Positions 11,401 through 25,500 of a DNA stretch of 64,000 nucleotides are shown here, piece after piece; position 1 is the stretch's first letter; each line of letters begins with the position of its first letter. Where the stretch lies: contig CAIIXF020000001.1 of the NCBI GenBank assembly GCA_903813345.2, positions 18,290,001-18,354,000 of the forward strand, written 5' to 3'. Under the pieces are notes generated by a model, which was not told the DNA's origin, searched no databases, and worked only from the letters and a program-made list of their open reading frames with translations. This stretch comes from Owenia fusiformis (Eukaryota). A program made the position numbers and the translations under genes.

Positions 11401-14294
11401 AATATTCATATCAGACGGATCATATACAAACAGAATCAGATCAAGCAATGATCCACGATAATCGTCATCCATTATCTTCATCATGATCTTGACGAAAATT
11501 GTTTACATTTTAGATTGTTTTTGGCTCATATCATATCATGTCTATATTCTAAAAATGCCTAAAGTGTATGCTGTATTTTGGTAGATATTATATCTGACAT
11601 CTGGTAGATATTATATCTGAGTTTGTAAAGGATACATTGAATTGTAAATTATACATTTTGCTAGCAATTTTATCACACCCTATATATCTGGTTCTAGCTT
11701 TAATATACAGGGATTATATGATTATTAGCTTATGTATTATTGCAGCTATACATACCATAATATAGAAGATGAAACATATAGTTCATTTGATTAGGATATA
11801 AATAAATATGGAACACTTTGTATGTTTAGTCAACGTTTGGGATCATATGGATTTGTTTCATTTTGACTGGTTGTATTCTCAGATATTCTCTTTATCTGTA
11901 TTTTAATACTTCTAAGTTAGTTTTTACTTAGTTTTTACTTTTAAAGACAATTGTGTTTACATATACAACAACATTTTTTTAATTAATCCGCAATGTACGA
12001 GACTCAGTTTATTCTTGTCATGATAAAATAATACTATTTCACAAAATGACGAGGAGTGAATAATTGGAAATTTCTAAGGTAACCACCAGAATATAAATCA
12101 TGCTTATGATACGCAAAAGTGCAAAAGTGAAATTTAATTAAGATTCTTTTCTTAGTTAACACTAAATGTTTTCATCATTAATTCATGAATGTAATTTTAA
12201 GTTTCGATGAAAGTGTTTTGAGCCCACCCTGTAGATATATATCCAACATTTATCCTCGAAGCATATATTTCTATATGTACCAATATTCTAACTTTTATTA
12301 CCTACTTATATGTGGCTAGCCATTTTAACTATGAATGATAACTTCTAGACCCTTTTCTCTTTAATTATCTAGTTTTGATAAATGTATAGAATTTCTTAAA
12401 TTACTTGACTTTTAAAAGTATTTGACGTTTCATTTCTATAATCGTTTTTATGATTTATATTATTTGTGACTATTGATATGTTAACCTTCATAACTATTTG
12501 GCACTTTTTAGGATTTGTCTGCCCCTCTCTATGTAACACCGTTATTTTCTCAAACGGTAGCCCTGATGAAAAGATACGTTTCCGACTTTGTTCCTATTAT
12601 TTAAACCTTAACTACTTTCGTCATGAAGTACATGAAGCTTACAGGTCGGCGATGGAACAATGCATTGTTTCATTTTCTCATTCAGTGGGAAAGGTCTTTG
12701 AGAACCTACCGTTTAGCAAAGGTCAGACTTCTTTCTTTGAAGGCTGTTTGATATCCGAAATCTAGCATGGAAACACAATAGACCTAACATAATGAATCAG
12801 ATGGTCAAGACAAAATGGCCACTGGGCGAAATTGATTCACCATACTTATACTATTCTATATCAAGGTTCTAGACACATGATATGTAGATATTATAAGTAA
12901 ATTCAAAATTAATTGGTAAACATAAAAAATCATTTGAATAACAGGATAAAACACTTATTCCTAATTAATGTATCCGTTTTCAAGCCATAAATAATACAAT
13001 AAAATATACATATTTTAAGAGAGTTTTGTTGAATGTTTGAATACATAGTATAAACGTGTTACTATGGAAACATATCGACTTTATTGTCAGCCTTTCTGCC
13101 TGTTGAACAAATAGGATCAAATGTCATGATCCTACCCAACGACCACAGGTATAGGCAGCTGAAAAGCCAAAACATAACATTGACTTGGACATGTTACCCC
13201 TAAGTCGAAATAAGGGTATCAGAGGCAATAAAACCGATAAAGAATTGCTAATCAAATACATGAATTTGGATATCTTACCATCATGCCCCTGACAATAACA
13301 TGCTAGTTCACCAACTTGACCAAATTCGTAACGCAAAGAATAAAACAGATAAACAGAGCAAAAATATGTATTTATAATAATTTGGCACATATTATAGCTA
13401 CGTATCATTCCTCGCCATTCAGCTTTTAAAACCCATACTTCATTGATGCTCGATGTATCTATTGATTCTTTGATTTCCCCTTACGTGTATGTGGTAAGCC
13501 ACATTTATTATCTATCTTAAATAATTTTTTGATCTTAAGTTCATGATCACTTGTTTATACAATCGATATTTTAGACGCTATGTTTGTTGGTTTGTGATAT
13601 ATATTGATTGGTAATTAAAATTCCAAACACGACTTGCAATATTTGTTTAAATAGGCTACTATAATCCAGTAAAGCTTTAGTAAAATAGTAAATAATATAA
13701 GTAAAACACACGTATTTTGAAAGAGCTTGTGGTCCAACACATAACTCATCTAACCAAGGATCTAAATGCTTTCAAATTTGAATTTTACATCGTTTTAACA
13801 ATATGTATCCTATACAGCAAAGTATATCTGACGACTTGCACATCTGCAGTCCTACCTCTGGCCATGTGAACCTACTCCATTATCGATGTCATAAAAGTTT
13901 TAATGAGACAAAAGCTCATTACTAGAAGTATATCATTTGGGTAGTAATATTGATAGAGTAGATGATGAGATATTAGTATAGGGATATACTATTTTGTAGG
14001 CTATTAGTAGATAGTTAGTAAATTGTTAGGGGAAAGTTATTCTGTTGTTATGTGATTACTCAACTCACCCTTGTTGGTCATTTGTATCCCTCTGTCATTA
14101 TAATGGTATACTAATTAATCTTGTTGACGTCTCACAATCCTTGGGATCACATAAAGTGCCTGCACCCCGCTGCCAAACACAACGAATCCAGCTAAATATC
14201 CACATTTTTAAACATGACAACATGTAACATATCTTTAGATAACATGATCCCTCAATGTAGGCCAACATTTTTCACAAAACTACAGAAAAGCATG

Positions 14295-14435
14295 CATAAT
14301 TTTACGATGATTGAATTTTATGGTTTCAAATATAGCGCCATGATTGGTTAGAGGCTATCACATGACCGTGAACATGCGGAGTTTTATGGCCTAGGTCGGC
14401 ACATTATGGCGATGTAAATCATACAATAATTGCGC
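14295..14435 (+). promoter_or_regulatory. Candidate promoter/enhancer: ATTGG + E-box flanked by Hox/Cdx/Pbx-type motifs
   Basis: TTTTACGA 14300, TGATTGA 14308, TTTTATGG 14316, ATTGG 14343, CACATG 14359, TTTTATGGCC 14382, ATTATGGC ~14403, GTAAATCA 14414. Confidence 0.55.
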
Positions 14436-16599
14436 TCTATATTGCCTACTGATAAGACTGCGTACTTAAAGATGTCTGCCATGGTTATTTCAATTGAATC
14501 TCGCCCTTTTGATAGTTCCTGCTCAGTTTACGGATAGATGTTGCACTAAATGGATTACTACGACAAAAAAGGAAGCACAGGATTTTAGTTTCTGGTATAC
14601 ACTTGTTGCTATGGTACCGGTATTTTGCATACGGATGATCAGGAGATTTCCTATTCGCTGACATGACATGAATGGCATAGATAATCAATTGAAGAATCTG
14701 TTATATGGTTTGCTGGAGATGAATCAATAATTGGACAATCCAGCAATGTATTGTGTTGTGTAAAGCACATCAAAGGAGGGACCCTCAGTTATGTTGGGTA
14801 GGTATCTATCTATTGATATAACCGCCACATTACCTGACGCTATCAAAATGGTGGTCACATATACCTCTGTATCACCAATTCTCTAGATATATTTCAAAAA
14901 ATAGAATACACATCTTATAAATGTTAATATAAATTGGAAAACTTTTAACATTTTAACAGTTCTTAAACCTTTTATAACTAGATACTTGAAAACTATTTCT
15001 ACTTCCGGAATATTCGTAAATTTTCTAGACTTTCTTAATTGGTTTGGCAGCCATCTTTTTTGTTCGCTGGGTCCCATTAAAGACATTATTACTACAATAT
15101 ATCATTAGACAGGAGGAATATTGCCTCGTTTGAAGCATAGCTAATAATATCCCTATTGAGTCTACAAAAAAACTGTTAGCAAATTGATAGAAATCTTAGT
15201 TAATGGGATTTACTCGTGTTGTTTTACAGGTTGTTGAGGTCTTGATTAGAATTTTAAAACTAATTACTTTAAGTAACTAGACGATACAGATATTATATAA
15301 AGAAGTATATTTAGACAGTTGGGATGTTCGAAAGGATATTTATGATTTTATTGCATGTAATAATATTGATCACATATTCAGTTAGAGTTGACTATCAGTG
15401 ACATTGAGACATGTTGATACGAGAGCCATAAATCCAAGATGTGTAAAGTAGTTGCATGGCCATGTACATGTTTACAATCAAGCCATGTAGAAAGTATGCA
15501 TGCATTTGTATATATTATTTACCTTTTTTATATTGGCAGATGTGTTTTGACACTTATTGGGGTGAGCAGTTTTCATTACCAAATGCACTTTCAAATGTAG
15601 CGTAGGTTCAAGAGGTCAAAACGCACGCTTGATATTGCTTTGTTTATGTCTGATCAACTTAGTTAAATCTGAGATTCGGTCTCATCTTAACACTAAATTA
15701 TAGAATATGTCGCACATCAATACAGCCGCATAGTATTTTTGTAGAAAACACATTTATTACTTCATTGAGGAATTTCCACTTTCTTTAGAATTTTCAGTTT
15801 ATTAGGTGCATTAGGGCCATTTTGGTAGCTACTAATTGTGCACATTGTTTATGAATTATGTGTTCTGTCCCAGTCGGTCTAATTTATATGGCTTGGGTCT
15901 CCTCATCACGTCCTGATTTGGTCACACTGGTATGTGTTTAACCACAATATGATGTTCGGTTTTCACCTGTTTGAGTCTCTAAAAGCTAACATGGACATGA
16001 AAGAAAGATAATTATCAAATTTTTCTAAATTGTGTCCAAATGTCCAAAAGGACATCAAGAAAAACAATTAAAATGTTAGGATATCACAGGATGGGATCAA
16101 GTTAAACAAACAGTTACATGGATTATTTACATGGAAAATAAACTATGAAGGTATGTTTAAAGTATAATTAAGTATAGGCAAAGTTTGAAAGTAAACATTT
16201 GCACAGCGGTCTATTTTCTACTCAAAACACTTTTAATTCTTTGTCGTTATTGCGCCAAGGCAACCAAACGCAGTTCTGCTTTCTGCTAGTCAATAATTTA
16301 GAGAGTAGTATCAAAGAACTGCAACATTAAATCATCCAAATGGCTCCTAGTGGAATTTAACATCGTCTAACTTTGACGCATCCACTTTGCTAGTGCTTGC
16401 CAAAGCTTATAGCTGAAACCTGCAAAACATTTCTGCTAATATGAACAGAACTAAGCAAAATGTATGTTTATAGACAACATACATAAATAGGCACGTGGTC
16501 GTTTAATTTCTGTGTGCGTGTACTGCAAACAGTTTGCATACACACATCTTGTTTCCTGATTTAACATTGAAGAATTGTCGATGTGGATAAAGTTTTACA

Positions 16600-17005
16600 T
16601 GTTGTGGTAGGTCCATGGATATGCCATCCATTAAAAACTATCCATACATCTTGCATTATTTTTGAGTATGCCATCCAAATAATTTTAATGTGTCAAGATA
16701 TATTATATCCAAACACCCCTGGTACCGTGATTATGTCCATGGATTCAAACGCTCTCGATAAGTCAATGAATATGGCATACAAATGTCCTTGATACACATA
16801 GGAATAGAATATCCAAACGCGTTGTATATATCAATTAATATACCATCAAAATGAAACTTTTTTGATATGTCATCGTATCTAAACACCCTTGATATCAAGT
16901 CCAAGTATCAAGACACCAGAGGTATATCCGTGGACATACTATTCAAACGCTTTCGATGTGTCCATAAATATACCATCTGAATATCCTCGACATGTCCCTG
17001 GACAT
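16600..17005. repeat. Degenerate minisatellite-like region
   Basis: Recurrent ATCCAAACACCC(T/C)TG, TCCATGGAT and ATAT(A/G)CCATC fragments. Unit not cleanly definable. Confidence 0.5.
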
Positions 17006-19199
17006 CAAGGTCAAGCTTGACCCAACCCGAAACTTCAACAATCAAATACAAATGGTTTCAACAGAAAATCATTTATGATGTTTGATTACATCGTATGTAT
17101 AATTAGTCCAATTAGAAAGCGCAAAGGGCAACATTTAGAAAATAAATCAAAAATACAGATGAACAATCTTATTACTATATCTAACGTTCACGATATGTTT
17201 ACAAAGAATGGAAACTTTACATTTGTTAAATGATGTGCCAGAAAACGCGAGTAAATAAACAGATGACTAATTCTCATTTGAATTGCTTTTGTTAACACCA
17301 GAACTTCTGCTCTGTGGATTGTTTCTGTGTATATTGTTATATTGTCCGTTTGATATGTTTTGTGTTGCTCTTCCTGTTGGCACGTCTTATATTTTTCCAG
17401 CTTTTAGTAAAGGTACATATTACTGATCAATACCCAATTTACAAAACCAATGCCTAAAACCGTGAGGTTAAGTCAATTATTGTTTTATGTACATTGTTAT
17501 ACCATTGTAGGACTTCTGGGTTGGAGAGTGTTAGTGAATATCGAATTTGTTTTTCTCTTTGGTTAGGAATTCTGTAAACTGATACTGTTATTGCAAGTTT
17601 CTTCATGACCTCAATGTAAGCAAATCTGCTTTACGGGAGAATTCTTAGATGTCAATTTTGTATAAGGATGTTTTTGGACCTGTTTTGTGTTTCTCTGTAT
17701 CCCATTCGTGTCCGCTTCATCCTTATACATGCATACCAGAATGCGATTTCTGGATTTTTGGTGTAAATTTACTGTAGGAAAACATGCTTGATATGTAGAT
17801 AATGAGTTTAATCATCGGTCTGAAAATATTTCGAGAACCTTATGAATGACAACATATATAAATTTTCCATAAATGGGATGTACCGCTACATGTATAATTG
17901 ATATATCATGTTATTTCTAGCCTCTACAAATTGGTCATACGTGTTTATTTTTCGTAGTGGTACAAGGGGAAACGTTTAACTGTTAAAACTATGTACGAAG
18001 CACCTTGTTAGAAAACTTAATCACCATAAACGTTCTAGTTGGAAACAAACGACGTCATTTTTCACGTTAATATATCATTGTCTTAAGAAAATACCTAAAA
18101 GTGTCCAGTTGAAATATTTGAAGTAGTAACAGATGAGGGAGGAGTGGGTATTTATCATCCTATAGACACCGTCAGCTTATGTCATCCTTTCCTGCTAAAA
18201 CCTAAGTCATTTAGTTGTGTAATATGAAGAGAAACGTTAAATCTATTTAACTTACTAGGAAACGTTATAGTAATTCCAAGTAAGTAGGATTTATTACTTT
18301 AGTCTTATTAATGATGCTCAATAATTTTATAGGTTACAATTTAATCTAACCTGAGTGAATCTACAGCAGTATCATTACTGAGGATATTTTTCAAATGACT
18401 GCCTCGCAACGTCAGCTAAATCAGGTCGATTCGACCCAGGTGCCAGGTGAACAAATTATTCATTAGCAGGTAATATTGATAAAGCTAATGATGCCATCCC
18501 TTAATTTCGTTTTTCAATATTAATTAAAGTTTCGTGTTTTTCCTATTCTTGTAATTTTTTGATGTTTTGTGACTATTTGCGTTGGTTTATGCTTTGTCTC
18601 GATCATCCTAAGAATGTTTCATACTAATGCATCATCCCAGAAGTGTTTCGATGAAACTGATTGATAAAAAATATTAATTCTCTAGTAGAATTTTATATAT
18701 AACGTTATCTAATACAACGCCTATATTGAGATGCTCCCTAACTAATATATGCCAAAATGTATTGATTCATCAGAAAAATTAAAGTCATCATCAGAATACG
18801 AAGAAATTTTGACATCTTCGGGGCAATTAATCTATCAGAATAAACTCAATATAAACACACCAATCTGGCAGTTTTATATCAATAATGGCTGGTTTTACTC
18901 TGTAACTTCCATTGCAAAGGAGTTTCTACTGACTGGCACAACCTAAGAGAAAGAACCGTTATTACTGAAAGTGGAAGTGTGTTGCAAAATTTAATTGGGA
19001 TTCAAATTTTCATCGATGAAGTGATAAAGTGAAAAAAAGGATTCCAAGATTTAATTATTTAGAAGTCATGAAATGAATTGATTCCTTGTTTTAAGTAAAG
19101 GACGATAATCTTCTTTGATGAATATACCTGATCCAATACTTTTAAAATCTGTATCTGAATGTTCCATATTTATGAACTGTATATTCGATACTATTTTGG

Positions 19200-19575
19200 G
19201 GAGAATATGATCCACTTGGAGTGGCACAACTGCAAGCAACATGTACAGTTGACCTACCGATATATTCTTAACAATTATCTCAAATATAATATTTCCAATG
19301 AGATCTATGTCATAAATTGGTAAAGATATTAAGAATTTAAGGTGTCACAATGGGGGAAATTGTTTAAATTCTCCCAAATAATAAATATGGTAACCATAAA
19401 ATAGAAAAATGAATGTATTGTTGTAAAAAGCTTTAGTTTTCCTCAAATACAGTATACATTTGGGTATTTTAGAAAATAGACATGGCAAGAAATGATATGA
19501 GACAAAAGTATTCTAGAATTGACACATTTTTTGTCAAAAGTACTAATCTGGATCTTGCTCGATCTGATTCTGTCT
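19200..19575 (+). mobile_element. TTAA-target MITE family, degenerate copy
   Basis: Shares GTACAGTTGACCTA...TTTAAATTCTCCCA...ATGGTAACCAT...GATCTGATTCT with 31726-32091 and 37213-37576. Confidence 0.75.
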
Positions 19576-22500
19576 TTGATATTACTCGTCTATCATGTCT
19601 GGCCTTTGATCCCAAATGAGTATCAATTGGTTGGTCGAAAGTTCAACACCTTTCCACTGTATCTGTTTATTTATAATAACTTTCATTTATTTCCTATCGA
19701 TTATCTATATCTATTCTGATTTTGAATATCCCGAAATAAGAAAATAAGATTAGGGGATTTGGTGGAAATCCTCATTTTCTCGAAAAAAAACGAAATGCTG
19801 AACGATGGAAAAATGTAATTTGAATTGAGTAATCTGCTCTATATCCGACTTGAAATATTCATTATTTTCCCTTTAAATCATTCATGGATCAAATGTTCAT
19901 TAATTGGTAGATTTGGCATTCCATTTCAATGCATACTATGTCCAGATTATCTCATTGTAATGTTGGGTGTCACCTTTTGAAAAACTACTAGCTGGTCTGG
20001 TTTTTGTATTATAGGGAGAAAGTAGTAGCAATAAATGTATCTCATTTAATAAAGGACAATAAAGACATACATATATAAAAAGCTCCTGATACTCATGAGA
20101 ATTACTGAAAGTTCATCGGCATTATATTTCTATAGAAAAGCATATGCCTCATACATGCCCTTATTGTATGAAATACACACCATCTGGGAATGATATGGCA
20201 GAATGGGTTTACATTCCTGCACAAAATAGGCTAAATACAATGTAAATATATTTCATCTAAACGATATGTTTCATTTTGACGATTTATTCATCCCTATTTG
20301 TGTGAATTAAGTGAATAAATCTCAGCTGCTGTGGTATGTCTTGCTTAATCGAGGTTTTGCTTTGAAATCCGTTTTCCGTTTAGCTAAATGTAACATGGTT
20401 AACTCTCACCAATATCTGAAATAATGTGCCATGTGGTCTAATGATTCTATGTATTTGTATAGGTTGACCTATATAATTCATGGATTGCCCTTCTGAAAAT
20501 TTGTTTAATGGGATTGAGTAATAGAGGCGTTGTTTTTGTGAAATGTGAGTACAAGACCCAAACTGTACATCTGACCTCTAAAAAGAAGGAATGTCTGTAT
20601 GTTCATGTAGGTTGTTTTATATTTTTCAGTTAGACAAGAGCTAATACTTTTTTCAACAACAAACAGATTAGTCATGAACATAACGTCGTACCATGGTCTT
20701 AGTTAATCTGGTCAGTTTGGGTTAATCACGCTTGATAATTAAACATCAGGGTTTATTAATGATCAGTTGCGAGGTGCTATGCCTCATACCCATGTGGATT
20801 CTTTTCGAGCCTTTGGGTTTCATGCTATGTCAAAAATCCCGTCGGATCATCCATCATCCACTGGTAGACTTGATCTCTGACGAGACATGTACATAATCTG
20901 CATGTACAGATGCGAGTCTGTCATTAATATGGAACTTTGCGATAAAACTGTGTTTCTATGAGGCATTGTGCATTTCACCATATAACTAACGCCCCATACT
21001 TTTCGATCAGTGTGCATATTGATGTACACTATCTCAGTATCAGTGGACAAGATAACTCCTTTGTTTGTTGTGTGGTTTCGATTCGTGTGGTGTTGTTGCT
21101 GTATCCATCTATCGGTATATAGTTTTTAAATGTGGAATTAGCAGTGTTATTACTTTGTATATTTACTATCCCAAATGTTCGCTAGAGGGCATACCAGTAC
21201 GAGGCGTCTAGCAAAAAGTTGTTTTTGTTGTTGCTCTTGTTAGATTGATCATTCATTTGAGGATGCTTTAGAAACAGTTTCCTCTCCTTAATCCAGTAAA
21301 TAGTTGTTTTGAATAGGTATAGAAAGTAGATAATTGACTGCTTTTATTGCACCATACATCCCATGTCACTTTGTTCCAATCGTTATTTACTTGTGTCAAG
21401 ACAACCGTCATTTTATATTTTGACATAACTGTTGTTTATTCTCGTGTTACTCTTCGTTATTTACCTCTGAATACTAAAACAAGACTGAGCTCTAGACAGT
21501 AATATCATGAAGGTAACATTGACCTTGGTAGAGTTCTAGCGTTTTATGAGTTGACGACATTAAATTACAATTTATGGTGCCATTAAAATTCACTCTTAAT
21601 GCAATTTAGCTCCACAAATGGTGTACTTGCACATATGATTACTCATTACAATATATTAAATTGAAATCACGTGATTTGGATGTGTCCTCTTAGTCATGAA
21701 ACAAACTTTTTAAACTTTTTAAGTTTGTTGAGTTTTAGGATTAGTAACAGCCATATAGTCGTCTAAATATTTTCCTTATGCTTAAAAAGGTGTTGTTAGT
21801 TGCATTCGCCAGTTAACGAAAACATGGAAATAAGAAGCTTGAAGAGCAAAAGAGAGCGCTCGAAATTGCTATGTTGGTTTGTTTTTTGATTAATGTCTTC
21901 TGTTAGAGACGTAAATGGTTTTCCATTTCATTGGCGAGATGGGATTGAGTGGGGCGGTTGGTTTTATCGAACGGACGGTCGTAGTTCATACAAGGATAAT
22001 GCATTAGCTGACGGATAAAACTTGTCTCTGAAATTAATTCCAATCATTTTCCTTTGGGATGTTTACTTCTTTTCATAGTTAAATCCCTTAATACGCTGGT
22101 TGTGAGTCACGATTCCCATAAGAGAATATTTGGAACATTTCACTGAATTGTTATTAATGAAAATGCAATAGCATCATTCCGTATATGTTTGGTTGGATTG
22201 TTTGTGCATTCATCTATAAATGCCTGGATAATTGTTTTTAATGTAGTTCTTATTAATGCTTGATTTCTATCGTAATTATATTATCAAAACAATTATAAAA
22301 TGTAAACATTTTAACCCAAGTATACGCTAAAATGTAAAAGTAGGTCAATATGTGGCAATTTGGACTTCTGGACATTGCATTGTTATGTGTTTCAAATTCT
22401 CGTCTGAATTCTGTTCAATTATTTATCTCTATGTTCTGTAAGTTAATAAATTAAGAACAACGTTTTAAAGAACATTACAACCCCCACTTGTATTAATTAG

Positions 22501-25500
22501 CAATTATATTGGATGCTATCTATAAAACCATAGAGAACAACTCAGTCTACTTTAAATTGCAGTAAATCTATATAAGAGCAGCCATTTTGGATTCAATTGA
22601 TATGATTTTGTACTAATGGATCACCGTGACATGGTTTATTTCGTAGGATACATTTCATAAAGAAGGCTGGGCTTTGCTATTAGACTGTATTTTTATATTT
22701 GGCTGTCGTGTAGGTGCAAATAAAATGTTTTTCTACTGAAAGCGTATTTCTGTAGTTTATAACATGTTATTTCTCACCATGATACTTAATTAAACGTGAA
22801 CTTTAATATGTACTTTTATATTTCCCTCAAAGTCCTTATTGTTTTATGGATTATGTTTTTATGTTTTCATGAAGTATAGGTTCATGATCAATTTTGTAAT
22901 TAAACTAGGCAATTATTAATTATCTTCAAATATTTCAAGTGTATATTGATTTATATTTGTTCAATGAAAATTATTTGGTAATGTTTGAAAAGGACATGTA
23001 GAACAATTTCATTTGTTTTTTAGTTCTTTCACAATTTTACATATTGAACCTTCATTTATAGATAATTTGGTAAAATATAGTTTTGTATTTTAGATTCTTT
23101 TTGACTAACAATCAAAAGTGAGCTCCAAATATAACGCCCATGATTCGAAAGCAGGTATCCGAAAACAAATCAGTACGTTTAATTTATGACCCACTTTACG
23201 ACTATGAATATTGATAATGGTGTAATGTATTAACAACCTTTATTTAAGAACATTAAATCCATAAATTTTACGAAACATTGGATCAGTTTCAAATTAGAAG
23301 TTGAACAAAGGGGCTGTTGCAATTACGGAGAGAGATTTCGTTAGGAAAGAAACGCGATGTGCTCTTTGGGGACCGGTATGTCGTATATTTCGTATTTTCT
23401 AATCAGTAACATCTGTATGTATCTTCTGTTGTAGACATTTTAGAAACTAAATGTGATTTTTTTCCTTTTAAAAATAATCTTGCATTTAAGTTAACAAAAC
23501 AATGGTTTTGTGTGTGGTAGGGCATAAGCTTTTCCAGCAAAATATTTAGTACAAATTTAAGGATTTTCGGAGAAACTGCATGCTCCCATGTGATATGCAA
23601 ACATTTCAAATGGCAGAATCGCATTAACTCTGAAAATCTCATATGTTTCTATCAATCTAATATCACTGCTCAGTCCAGTAACATTTGGAGTAACACATCA
23701 ATAGAATAGATGCTCATATATGTATTTTAGTGCCTTGATGTTCCTTGGTCAGAACAGATACATTGATATGTAGATAGTAATAACTTTTGATTAACGACGA
23801 GATTTATTAACTTGCTTCACGCAAACCGACAATTATTGTATTTCTCTGTACTTTCTATTTTATTTGAAAGGTCAAAATGGTAATTTCTGTAAGTTTCACC
23901 AATATTCATTGTCATTTTCTGGTGCTAGTATCAGGGACTGAATTTTGCAAAGCTGTAATGGGTTGGAGAGTTTGACTAAAGTGTCAGTTTAAGAAATATA
24001 AACCGCAAAGTCAAGCAATTTTGTTCTTGTCAACAATATTAACAAATGATGGAGAGATTTTATCATGAAGATGTGTTATAATGTCACTAAGTCTAAACCT
24101 GATCCTCTGTGGTATATAGCATTCACATTCTGTCATAATTTCCATAAAGTTTTTTAATTGCCTTTGCTTCGGGGGAATTACTGTTCGTAGCCAATATAAC
24201 CGCGTTGACCCAAAGACGCGGTGAAAAATCAACATTTTTCGGAAACTTTGAACCGCCAAATCATCTCACACAAATGAAAATTTATTCCAAACATAATTTT
24301 CTCGTATGGTTTGGTATGTGATCAAAATAATATGCAAAACGTTTGAATTTTTTGTGTTGTGGTTTAGGCTAGAAAACTATGTTCAAAGAACGCATAAATA
24401 CTTGATGAAAAATAGGTCAATTATTTGATCCTAGTTGAAATTAACGAGATCTTCCTTCATATAGAGTTTCAATTCACTCCAAATCATATAGCTTAAAATC
24501 TTGGATTATAACAACAAACAATTTAGTATTTGAATATAAATAATGATGATATTGAACATAAACTTAAATTGACAAAGATGACTAGCATGGGTATATCTAT
24601 CAAACGTTTTATTTATTGACAATGATTCATTTTCAAAAATCAAACTCCACCTGGATTACCACGTAAATGATTGATTTACTATGCCCTTCTTTGGTGTCAT
24701 ATTTGAACAAAACAATAGTGTGCATTTTTATATTTCAATGTATTAAAGCCTGATAAATATCCATACATCAAACAGACAATATGTCTAAATTTATTGCGAT
24801 GTCTATTGTAGACGTCGTTTTATCACAAACATGTGTTTATAATACCATCGTATCCTTTTATAGTTATTTGGTATCATCATACTTAGAAAGAATGTTTTAC
24901 ATCAAACCATTCGCATTTCTTACATAGACTACATCAATACATAAATGTATTTTGCATGGGCCAATGTGTTAACTAAACTATTCGTTAGTGAGTACTGGTG
25001 TACTATACAAGACAACCTTGTGTAAATTCATTTGTATCTAGTCCTAGATAGAGCTCAAGAAATATATGATTTTTTAGATTTTGCTCACAGATCAACTATA
25101 TTAACTATAAGTATAAACTTTATAATTAGAGGTGAAATATTAAAAAAGTATACAATATAATTTAACACAGTACAATACAATATAATTAAATTAATTACAA
25201 TACATAAACTACTTACACAAGTATAATTGTTCTACATCAATATTTTGAGGCATATTTATAAATATAAACAAACAAAACGTAAAAACCTCTACATATAACA
25301 TATGTAATTCTTTAAAAAACGAAAAAATTTCCATACATGTATCCTTTTTAAGTTTAGAATATTTATATTTAAAAAAATCTTTCATCGGTATACTCAGGCT
25401 AGTTTATCTATTAGCTTTGATTCTAGTTTCTTCGTCAAACGCTGGATGTGTTGGTGTTCGTTGGGGAAACAACATTTCTGGACACAGCCTGAATCTTAAT

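Noticed and set aside
12222-12245. CCACCCTGTAGAT as a second miR-10 copy
   Set aside because: The match stops after 11 nt and there is no hairpin partner. It is better explained as a CACCCTG|TA mariner-type terminus.
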